From positions 1-26,922 of the IMG/VR virus record IMGVR_UViG_3300037313_001071: 26,922 nt of DNA. One strand, given 5' to 3'. The notes beneath the pieces are model-generated. The model was not told the origin of the DNA. It saw only the letters and a program-made list of their open reading frames with translations, and ran no database searches. Position 1 is the first letter of the stretch, and each line of letters starts with the position of its first letter. Positions 8,993 through 16,323 of the stretch are shown in pieces. This DNA comes from a virus. Taxonomy: Duplodnaviria > Caudoviricetes. The position numbers and the translations under genes are program-made.

Positions 8993-9021
8993 ACTATAAC
9001 ACGGGTTGCACGGATGAGCAG
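8993..9021 (-). promoter_or_regulatory. Extended -10 promoter driving the candidate ncRNA
   Basis: Minus strand TGT-TATAGT (TGn + -10 at 8993-8998), just downstream of the 9050 stop codon. Confidence 0.55.
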
Positions 9022-9049
9022 TGGGCGAAATTGTAAACGGATATTGCGT

Positions 9050-9424
9050 CTATGTTGAACTCGGATCTCCGATAGGAAGCAGGATCGACCCCTTGATATC
9101 CGTGATCGTAATTTCACCCTCAAAGGGGCAGTTAGGCACAGGGTCGACGTGCAAAACCTTCCCTTCATGCGAATATTCAATGATTACGCCGTGCTCAGGG
9201 TGCTTGTAAACGATGATTTTGTCGAAACGAGCGAACCATTTCGACCCTTCAATGTAGAAGTCCTTGTTGTCCTGCAAAGCCTTCTTAAACATCGAGGCCA
9301 GAGTGTGCGGTACATGCTTTGCCGGCTCCGGTGCCTGTTCCTGCACGTCGTGTATGACCACAGTAGGCTTTTCACACACGCACAGCTCCGGTTTCCTGTG
9401 GCATTTTGGACAAATTGTCTGCAT
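9050..9424 (-). CDS. Hypothetical protein with N-terminal Cys cluster
   Basis: MQTICPKCHRKPELCVC; RBS GGAG. Confidence 0.7.
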   Translation of the reverse strand: MQTICPKCHRKPELCVCEKPTVVIHDVQEQAPEPAKHVPHTLASMFKKALQDNKDFYIEGSKWFARFDKIIVYKHPEHGVIIEYSHEGKVLHVDPVPNCPFEGEITITDIKGSILLPIGDPSST

Positions 9425-9527
9425 TTCGCTTACTCCAAGCTCTTTTCATACCCTCACTCGCCACCTTAAACAGTGGCACGTTGAAGATTTTGCTGGCTAA
9501 TTCCGGCTTTTTGCCCGAAATTTCCAT
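9372..9527 (-). CDS. Possible small hypothetical protein
   Basis: GGAGG RBS + ATG (MEISGKKPEL...), but overlaps the next gene by about 50 nt. Confidence 0.3.
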   Translation of the reverse strand: MEISGKKPELASKIFNVPLFKVASEGMKRAWSKRNADNLSKMPQETGAVRV

Positions 9528-9540
9528 TGCCAGCCTCCAA

Positions 9541-9744
9541 TCATGCGCGATCCGGTGCATTTTCAGCCCTTTCAAGCCACATGAGGCCTATGAGAATGGG
9601 GATGTTAAGGACGGGAATGAAGGCAAAGGGGATGGTTTTGACTGTGAAGCGGACGCCGCAGAGCACGTACCAGCACAGGTTCATGGTTCCGACCACGACG
9701 GTGACAAAAATGAGCACCGTGAGCACGAATGGGTCATACGGCAT
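9541..9744 (-). CDS. Small two-TM membrane protein (67 aa)
   Basis: MPYDPFVLTVLIFVTVVVGTMNLCWYVL...FAFIPVLNIPILIGLMWL; RBS GAGG. Confidence 0.6.
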   Translation of the reverse strand: MPYDPFVLTVLIFVTVVVGTMNLCWYVLCGVRFTVKTIPFAFIPVLNIPILIGLMWLERAENAPDRA

Positions 9745-9745
9745 G

Positions 9746-10117
9746 TTAGAGGTCCTCATAGCGGATTGGTGTCCGGGTAGCACAGCTCTTTGCATGCCCA
9801 ATGCTGCTGGAACCACCGCAGGTGCAGATGTGCACGGTGCTGAATTCACCTTGGAGGTGCTGTGGCTGTGGAGAGTAAGGGCACCGCTCCAGGTGCATCT
9901 CGCTCTCGTGCGCCCCGCAGCTAACGCAGTACCCACCGCTGCGAATGTGCTTAGGCGGAACATGACCCGCCGTGTACGCCACCGCGTCCCAAGCCGCCTT
10001 CACTTCTTCCTGTAACTCGTGCCAATGCGGCGGCGCAGTCTTTTTGTGGTTCGCAGGCGTCAGCCAAATAGCCCTGCGCCAGACTTCGTATAGGATTTCC
10101 GCTCGTGCCGTTGCCAT
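9746..10117 (-). CDS. Hypothetical protein with Cys/His (Zn-binding-like) motifs
   Basis: ATG 10117 with RBS AGGAGG; CVSC...H...C and CTC...H...C motifs. Confidence 0.7.
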   Translation of the reverse strand: MATARAEILYEVWRRAIWLTPANHKKTAPPHWHELQEEVKAAWDAVAYTAGHVPPKHIRSGGYCVSCGAHESEMHLERCPYSPQPQHLQGEFSTVHICTCGGSSSIGHAKSCATRTPIRYEDL

Positions 10118-10141
10118 GGGTTTACCTCCTGCAAAACACAC

Positions 10142-10195
10142 AGCTTAACGCAGGTTAACCCGATTTGCAAGTCAGCAGGAAGATCGATTTGCAAG
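10142..10195 (-). promoter_or_regulatory. Sigma70-like promoter with tandem CGATTTGCAAG repeats
   Basis: Minus strand TTGCAA-17nt-TAAGCT. An 11-bp direct repeat at 10161-10171 and 10185-10195; the first copy covers the -35. Confidence 0.6.
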
Positions 10196-10200
10196 CCTGA

Positions 10201-10368
10201 TCAGAGATTTAGAAGTCGGATGACAGCAGCAACCCAAGCACCGCCAAAGAACATAGAGGCGCAGATGGTCAGCTCCGTGGCACCGGCCGAGACTTTATTG
10301 TGGGTGACCACACTGTAAGCGAACAGGGTGATGCTGAGGACGAAGCAGATGAAGATGAGGTAGAACAT
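10201..10368 (-). CDS. Small two-TM membrane protein (55 aa)
   Basis: Hand-read: MFYLIFICFVLSITLFAYSVVTHNKVSAGATELTICASMFFGGAWVAAVIRLLNL. TATACT lies 10 nt upstream (near-leaderless). Confidence 0.5.
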   Translation of the reverse strand: MFYLIFICFVLSITLFAYSVVTHNKVSAGATELTICASMFFGGAWVAAVIRLLNL

Positions 10369-10769
10369 AGTGGTGGGCAGTATAAGTGCTGGAAGGCTCT
10401 GATGTGGATCCTGCCCTTACGCGTGCGTGCGTTATGCGTACAGGCGTGTTATGGGCAGAAAAGGCTATTACGAAGAAATAAAGGGTGTGCATTCCATAAC
10501 GAATATCGATTTAAATTGAGAATCATGTGTTGATGGTACCTCCGCCCGGTCAGCCCAGCAGTAAAGATGGTAGCCGGTGAGGTAACAGATTACATGCTCT
10601 GCAGTTCCAGCTGGGCAGTAGACAGCACAGCAATAGGGTAGCTGTGCAGTAGCAGCTGGACTGTATGGAATGGACGTGCTAGCAGCAACAGCGGGGTAGT
10701 GCTAGCGCAGCAGGAAGTACGGATGTGCTGTACGGTACAGCGTGTGTCTAATTGGAACTTAGACTACTG

Positions 10770-11130
10770 CGTGTTAATGGTAATTGCGTTATGGGTTATG
10801 CAATGGGAATTAAGCGATTTATTAAGCGCTGTGCGTTATGGGGTAATTAAACAAAGCCCCAAAGTTCCGTTTAGAACAGATTTGCTGGGGGTTTTACTAT
10901 AGTGCTTTTACTGTTATGTTATATATATATTATTTTTACCTTATACCATTGGTAATGGGGTGTACATTAAGCGAGGCGCGTTTCTTTTATTTATTAATGT
11001 ATTTAATACCATTACCATTGGTGTTTACACACATATGGCATACCGTATAACGCATAGCGCACTACCATTACTAATACCCCATTACCAATACCCCATTAGT
11101 AATCGTATTTGCATCCAGCATAACGCGTTA
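10770..11130. repeat. AT-rich region with mirrored short repeats (candidate origin/terminus)
   Basis: GCGTTATG and TAATGG motifs on the left, ATAACGC and CCATTA motifs on the right, around a TA run at about 10920; lies at the transcription divergence point. Confidence 0.45.
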
Positions 11131-11187
11131 AACTACACAATTACGCACACTACCCCTTCCCTTAAATCCTCTTTACGTCTTTACGCA

Positions 11188-11730
11188 ATGGCACGCATTA
11201 ACCACTTTGTGCACCCTACGTGGAGTGTTACGGAATGTATAGCCCATGCGGAACAGCATGCGCAACTGTTTAGCAAACCCATTGCACAGCAGCAAGCTGA
11301 GCAGGCGGAATGGGAGCGGAAGCGCGCGGCTGTGCTAGCGGGTAAAGCGGTACCCAAAGCTAAAGCTGAGCTACCAGTGGCACAGCAGCAGGGCGTACAG
11401 CCCAACAACTACGGATATACGCCTTTGCTGTGCACGGTTACTACGGTTGAGCTAAACCGTGCTGGTGTGGTTAAGCTAGAGCTAAAGGCTAAGCTGGACC
11501 GCATGTACGCAACCATAGGTGGCACAGCAGAGGGTAAGCCAATAGATGAGTTGCGGTGCGCGTATAACCCTGCGTGTGACATGGTTACTAACCACACCGC
11601 TGCTTTCAAGCTCATGGTACAGCAGCACCCCCAGCTCAACGGTAAAATGTTTATTGCTGTGCCATGGTCAAAAAAGGTTACGCAGTTTGCCGAAGTGCAC
11701 ACACCCGCTGTGCTAATAGCTGGTCAGTAA
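11188..11730 (+). CDS. Hypothetical protein (180 aa), first gene of the right arm
   Basis: Long ORF; ATG 11188 chosen because the upstream part is low-complexity repeat sequence. Weak RBS. Confidence 0.55.
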   Translation: MARINHFVHPTWSVTECIAHAEQHAQLFSKPIAQQQAEQAEWERKRAAVLAGKAVPKAKAELPVAQQQGVQPNNYGYTPLLCTVTTVELNRAGVVKLELKAKLDRMYATIGGTAEGKPIDELRCAYNPACDMVTNHTAAFKLMVQQHPQLNGKMFIAVPWSKKVTQFAEVHTPAVLIAGQ

Positions 11731-11793
11731 TATTCATGAGTTGCTTGCGCACCACGTAGCAAGCACCGTACCAATCACCTCAAAGTAGTACGC

Positions 11794-11831
11794 ACACCCT
11801 GCAACAGCGCACACCGCTTGCAGGGTGTTTT
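11794..11831 (+). terminator. Probable terminator hairpin
   Basis: ACACCCTGCAA...TTGCAGGGTGT followed by TTT. Confidence 0.5.
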
Positions 11832-12368
11832 AGTATTATGACGCAATTTGCGTACCAGCTAACTTAGTGCTTCGGTTTGCAGCGTGCTATGGTTTTTGCG
11901 TAACCAGTCGTACAAACGCGTTTTAAGCGCTTTTTTAAGGGTACCCGCTACCCTAGTACCAACCCTCAAAAGTTTTTTGCTGTTGCGCTGACGTTTTGCG
12001 CACTTGGGTATTACTTGCACTATGCTTTGCATAGCACATTTGCAAACGAGGGTACTACAAACACTGCTGAGCTTACTACAGCGTGGGTGCTACTGCTGCG
12101 CTTGGTGCTTATGCATGAGCTTAAAACGCAGCACGACAGTAGCTACTGCTGTGTTTAACGCGTGTTAACGCCACCCGTTACCATGTTAACTACCACGTAG
12201 CCCACAACCGGCGTAGCAAGCGCACAATGTAGTCATGGGTGGTTATTGCACCACCCCACCTGAAGCGAGGGGTACCCACCCCGCGCACACAGGGTAGCTC
12301 AACGGTGTGGTGCTGGTGCTGTACAGCACCCGTGCGGTGCTCAACCGCTTACCACATCAAAGCGCTAG

Positions 12369-12384
12369 CGCTACTTTAACAATT
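12369..12384 (+). promoter_or_regulatory. boxA-like antitermination site
   Basis: CGCTACTTTAACAATT versus rrn boxA TGCTCTTTAACA (one extra base); upstream of the early operon. Confidence 0.4.
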
Positions 12385-12543
12385 CACACACTAGGTTAGC
12401 TCTACTATATTTTGGGTAACTCAACCTTTGCGCTTGCTGTGTAAGCACCGCGCATCGCAGCTCAACCTTACAGCACATCAGCTACGCGCTGGTGTGCTGT
12501 GCGGTGCAAGTTGCACCAGTAGTAACCCAACCGGAGTAACACC

Positions 12544-12813
12544 ATGTTTGTAGTCTCTAGCAATGGTACTGACCAGCTTCAACCCATCCGGGCAGTTGGC
12601 AGCACACCAGCTAACGCGTGCATCGTTTACGTTACGTTGCTCAACGCACAGCTCATTGCAAAGGTGCAGAAGGGTACGTACACAAACGCAGTAAACGGTG
12701 TTGTGTACGAAAGTGTTATTAGCTTTGACCAGCTAACAGCATTTGAAGAGCTTGCGCCATTTGTTTACGAGATGTTTGATGGGCAAGTAAAACTTACACT
12801 CAAAAAGGTCTAA
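12544..12813 (+). CDS. Early hypothetical protein (89 aa)
   Basis: GGAG-7nt-ATG after a hairpin module. Confidence 0.75.
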   Translation: MFVVSSNGTDQLQPIRAVGSTPANACIVYVTLLNAQLIAKVQKGTYTNAVNGVVYESVISFDQLTAFEELAPFVYEMFDGQVKLTLKKV

Positions 12814-12905
12814 ACCTCAAGCGCTACCGCGTATGTAGCGCACAGCTCAACCGTTCTGGTAGCTGTGCGGTGCATATGCACCTCAACCATACTAGGAGCT
12901 CAACC

Positions 12906-13169
12906 ATGTCAAACAACCTCACCCGTACCTACACTGTGCAACTGTTTATGCAGTTTGTGTTTAACGGTACTGATGAGAAGCAAGCGGAACAGCAGCTTGA
13001 TGAGCTTAAGCTGGTGCTTAAGCTGTTGCATAAGGTCGACCCAACAGAAGTTGAGTACGAGCTTGCAGACGCTGGTACCGATGAGCTGCATTACCGCATG
13101 TGGGTGTGGTGTACATACAACACAGCACCCGCTGTGCTTCAAACCATCAGCACCACCTACAAAGCGTAA
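12906..13169 (+). CDS. Early hypothetical protein (87 aa)
   Basis: GGAG-7nt-ATG; flanked by near-identical repeats. Confidence 0.75.
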   Translation: MSNNLTRTYTVQLFMQFVFNGTDEKQAEQQLDELKLVLKLLHKVDPTEVEYELADAGTDELHYRMWVWCTYNTAPAVLQTISTTYKA

Positions 13170-13255
13170 ACCTCAAGCGCTACAGTGCGTAGCGCACAGC
13201 TCAACTTCAACGTTAGCTGTGCAGTACGCACCAAACGTACTAAACCGGAGGTATT

Positions 13256-13378
13256 ATGTCACACTTTTACCACATACACCTTAAGTGTGTCCAACTGCTG
13301 TGGAAGATGTTGCAAGAGGCGCATGTAACGCATGCACCGTATTGCTGGGTCGAAAACCACGCAGAAGCACAACCGTAA
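13256..13378 (+). CDS. Early small protein (40 aa)
   Basis: Hand-read MSHFYHIHLKCVQLLWKMLQE...; GGAGG RBS after a hairpin module. Confidence 0.55.
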   Translation: MSHFYHIHLKCVQLLWKMLQEAHVTHAPYCWVENHAEAQP

Positions 13379-13402
13379 CCAACCACCAACCGGAGCCCAA
13401 CC

Positions 13403-13564
13403 ATGCACGCTACCTCAACCGCATTCGTCAACGGTCCAGTCAAGGTCCGCCAGCTCATGCGTAAAGCCACCCGCCAGCCCAGCTGGAAGGTGGCACAGCG
13501 GGCACCCAGCCCATGTGTGGTTATCAAACCACAACAGCAGCAACAACCAGAATCCCGAAGCTGA
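13403..13564 (+). CDS. Early small basic protein (53 aa)
   Basis: Hand-read MHATSTAFVNGPVKVRQLMRK...; CAACCGGAGCCCAACCATG leader. Confidence 0.6.
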   Translation: MHATSTAFVNGPVKVRQLMRKATRQPSWKVAQRAPSPCVVIKPQQQQQPESRS

Positions 13565-13650
13565 ATTTCGAATTCACCGCATTGCACATCCGTAGGGTGT
13601 GCTCTGCAGTGCATTTGCACTACCACGCAACCCAACCGGAGTAATACACC

Positions 13651-13845
13651 ATGAAAGTCGCTGCAATCGAAATCCGTTGCGAGCATGCGGAAGCTGTTAC
13701 GGATTTTATGCAAGAGCTTGAAAACCAGTGCATACAAACGCTGGAGTTCGGGCAGCTGGACAGCAACCCGCTAGTTGTGCGCATTGCGCCACACTTTGGG
13801 GACCACCTGGACCCCGAGTTGCTTGTCACGCTTAACCTCGACTAG
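13651..13845 (+). CDS. Early hypothetical protein (64 aa)
   Basis: GGAG RBS after a hairpin module. Confidence 0.7.
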   Translation: MKVAAIEIRCEHAEAVTDFMQELENQCIQTLEFGQLDSNPLVVRIAPHFGDHLDPELLVTLNLD

Positions 13846-13925
13846 CAAACACCACCTAGCACATCCATACGTGTGCTAGCTAGTGTTTACTAACACTGCC
13901 CAACCCAACCGAAGGAGAACCTACC

Positions 13926-14348
13926 ATGTCCGACAAATTTGTTGCAACCGTTAAGGGTCTGGAACAACTGGAAAACGGCGATTACACCGATAAAATGGTG
14001 CAAATTGCAACCCAGGAATTCGAAACGCTTACGGAAGCTTGCAATTATTGCGAAATGGAAGCGCACGGCATTAAGGGCGCGGACTGGACCGTAGCGGCAA
14101 AGCTCAGCTTCAAAAAAGCCTGCTCAACCGTTGCTGCCAGCCGTAACCGCAAGCTGTTCCTTTACATGCAACTGGACGCGCTTAATGCGGGCGGGGACCA
14201 CCTGCCTCTGCAGTCCAGCGTGGAACTAAAAGCGCCGCAAATTTGCAAAGTGTTGCATGAAATGGAAAAGCGGGTGCACCCGGAATACGAGCCGGAAAAG
14301 TGCACCGTGCGTCTGCTTGTAACCAAAGACCACATGATTGCTGGTTAA
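13926..14348 (+). CDS. Early hypothetical protein (140 aa)
   Basis: AAGGAG RBS after a hairpin module. Confidence 0.78.
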   Translation: MSDKFVATVKGLEQLENGDYTDKMVQIATQEFETLTEACNYCEMEAHGIKGADWTVAAKLSFKKACSTVAASRNRKLFLYMQLDALNAGGDHLPLQSSVELKAPQICKVLHEMEKRVHPEYEPEKCTVRLLVTKDHMIAG

Positions 14349-14446
14349 CCACACAGCTCAGCCAGCCGCTAGCACATCCACCGGGTGTGCATGCGGGTGA
14401 CAGTTGCGAGTCACTAACATCCACAGCCCAACCAAGGAGTAACACC

Positions 14447-14698
14447 ATGCAAGTTCACGTCATTGCGCTCGACGTTGCGTACACAGGCAATATGCAACAG
14501 TTTGCAGGTGCAACGGAAGCCGCTGTTGTGGAGAAGGTAAAGGCGTACCTTGACGGTACACCTTTAACGGACCACGAAACGCAGCCGCCCAAGTGCCTGT
14601 ATGACCTGGGCAACGCGACCACGTTTAAGGAGCTGGAGAATTGGTTTGCCACATGGCTGGACCAGTACCAGCTTGCCTATAACGAATTGGAAGTCTGA
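14447..14698 (+). CDS. Early hypothetical protein (83 aa)
   Basis: AAGGAG-7nt-ATG (MQVHVIALDV...). Confidence 0.75.
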   Translation: MQVHVIALDVAYTGNMQQFAGATEAAVVEKVKAYLDGTPLTDHETQPPKCLYDLGNATTFKELENWFATWLDQYQLAYNELEV

Positions 14699-14780
14699 GT
14701 AACTAACTGCATGCCCATCTATAAAGTGGGCATGAGGGTAGCGACTCGTTACCATCCACCTCAACCCTAGGAGCCCAACC

Positions 14781-14984
14781 ATGTTCACCTGTAACTTCGA
14801 CAACAAAGTGTTGAATATCCGGCTCATTGCTGCCAAGCAAAAGGCTCAGCAACGCAGCCGAGAGCGCCGCTGCACCGTATTTGTCAACTTCAGCGTAATA
14901 GCTGGCACGTTTTACGCAACTGATTGGTATGACGGCGACTCAACCGTTGCTAGATTCCATGACGGCAAAGAAACTGAGTTTTAA
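14781..14984 (+). CDS. Early hypothetical protein (67 aa)
   Basis: AGGAG-7nt-ATG. Confidence 0.72.
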   Translation: MFTCNFDNKVLNIRLIAAKQKAQQRSRERRCTVFVNFSVIAGTFYATDWYDGDSTVARFHDGKETEF

Positions 14985-15056
14985 GTCCTGTCAGCCGCTA
15001 GCCCGTTCTGCGGGTTAGCTGGTGGCGACTTGCTACCATCCATTAGGAGCCCAACC

Positions 15057-15350
15057 ATGAACCTCTACATTAAGGTGCCTGGTACCAACCTTCCAGCGCA
15101 CAGCGCGGACATTGCCGAAATGCTGTTCGGCAACCGCAAGGCGAAGTTGCCGGTCAGCGGTCTGCTCACGCAAAAGCTTCAGGGTATCAAAATCTGGGCT
15201 ATGCCCTTACAAGCTACCCGCAACACGCGCCCAAACCAGCGCTTCCACCTACGCCTTATGGCGCAATGCCCCGTGTGCGGCAAAGTGACGGCAGCGGGTA
15301 GGCTCGCGCAACATTCCAAGGTCCACGCAGCGCCCAACTTTTGGGGTTGA
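15057..15350 (+). CDS. Early protein with C-terminal C2H2 zinc-finger-like motif
   Basis: CPVCGKVTAAGRLAQHSKVH; AGGAG-7nt-ATG. Confidence 0.75.
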   Translation: MNLYIKVPGTNLPAHSADIAEMLFGNRKAKLPVSGLLTQKLQGIKIWAMPLQATRNTRPNQRFHLRLMAQCPVCGKVTAAGRLAQHSKVHAAPNFWG

Positions 15351-15354
15351 CCAC

Positions 15355-15528
15355 ATGCCGCGACTCAAATACATCCACGCCATGCGCTTGCTGGCGTCTG
15401 AGCCCAAGCTGCGCCGCGACCCGGGCTATAGCCGTTGGAACCGCATTTGTGGCGGAACCGTGCGGTGCCTGCCAGCTGCTGGGCGTTGGGACTTTTACGT
15501 TAACTTGAAGGAGCGTAACCATGGCTAG
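15355..15528 (+). CDS. Small basic hypothetical protein (57 aa)
   Basis: Hand-read MPRLKYIHAMRLL...; fills the gap exactly and overlaps the next start. Confidence 0.5.
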   Translation: MPRLKYIHAMRLLASEPKLRRDPGYSRWNRICGGTVRCLPAAGRWDFYVNLKERNHG

Positions 15529-15793
15529 ATTTATACGTGAGGTTGAACCTCGCGAGTTGACGCAGGGTTTCCTACAGCACAGCCTTGGCACGTCCAGCTT
15601 GGCGTGGAACCAAACAGTCAACCTCATGCATTACGGCGAGGACGGCCCAGGCTATGAAATCGGCGTCACCCGTTGCATGTTTATTGAAGAGGAAATTGAT
15701 ATGCACTCAGTTTCCGAGTTCCAGGAATGGGCGTTTGTGGAGCGTGCGGACCAATGGTACGCAAGCGCCGAGCTGAACTACGGCGACTCGTGA
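15521..15793 (+). CDS. Acidic hypothetical protein (90 aa)
   Basis: AAGGAG RBS. Confidence 0.72.
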   Translation: MARFIREVEPRELTQGFLQHSLGTSSLAWNQTVNLMHYGEDGPGYEIGVTRCMFIEEEIDMHSVSEFQEWAFVERADQWYASAELNYGDS

Positions 15794-15873
15794 ACTTCCA
15801 TCCTGTTGCAACTAGGCATCCTGGTTGCAATGGAATGGGCGTACAATATGTCCATGTCAACAAGGAGCACGAA

Positions 15874-16152
15874 ATGATTATTTGCACATTGACAGTCATG
15901 CGGGCCGACGTGCATGGCTGTGAAGAGCCAAAGGTGTTTGCGGGCACCAGCATTGCACTGGCGCTGGAGGACTTTAAGGCGGAGTTCGCGAGCCGCTTAC
16001 CCCGCACACAGGGCATTGACCTGGAGGAGCAGGCTGAGCTGCTGCAGGAACTGCGTGCATGCGGCAACTTGCGAGACGCCCAGGTGTGGTTAACGAAGGT
16101 GTACGGTTATTACGCCATCCGCTGGGATACCCTTTCCGTGCGAACCGAGTAA
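15874..16152 (+). CDS. Hypothetical protein (92 aa)
   Basis: AAGGAG RBS + ATG 15874. Confidence 0.7.
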   Translation: MIICTLTVMRADVHGCEEPKVFAGTSIALALEDFKAEFASRLPRTQGIDLEEQAELLQELRACGNLRDAQVWLTKVYGYYAIRWDTLSVRTE

Positions 16153-16155
16153 GAG

Positions 16156-16204
16156 AACAGCGACGAGCCTGGAACTTCCACCAGCACAGGCTCGTCAGTG
16201 TTTT
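16156..16204 (+). terminator. Stem-loop (terminator or processing site) closing the first early operon
   Basis: GACGAGCCTG...CAGGCTCGTC followed by AGTGTTTT. Confidence 0.45.
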
Positions 16205-16221
16205 CCCTATCTAAATTTCTG

Positions 16222-16250
16222 TTGCATCGGGTGTCAGCTTCCCCTATAGT
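16222..16250 (+). promoter_or_regulatory. Sigma70-like promoter
   Basis: TTGCAT-17nt-TATAGT. Confidence 0.7.
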
Positions 16251-16323
16251 TAACGCACGTTGCAATAAATAAGCGGACGCTGCTGCCGCGAGTCAGCAGC
16301 TAGACTCAACCGGAGTTTACATC

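Larger units (their letters stand above)
12470..15056 (+). repeat. Dispersed twin-hairpin + CAACC/GGAG intergenic modules (8 copies here, 1 more at 17256-17330)
   Basis: Modules at 12470-12543, 12811-12905, 13167-13255, 13572-13650, 13846-13925, 14349-14446, 14699-14780, 14985-15056. Stems are kept while sequences differ. Confidence 0.8.

Noticed and set aside
8016-9180. Short overlapping ORFs (8016-8270, 8165-8476, 8709-8930, 8740-9180 and plus-strand ones)
   Set aside because: No good RBS, atypical Arg/Cys/Pro-rich composition, mutually overlapping; better explained by a structured RNA.
10960-11187. N-terminal extension of the 256-aa ORF
   Set aside because: Translates low-complexity repeat DNA from a GTG without an RBS; ATG 11188 is more plausible.
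12470-15056. CRISPR array or rho-independent terminators
   Set aside because: The repeats are degenerate and separated by whole genes of variable length, there are no cas genes, and the hairpins lack U-tracts.
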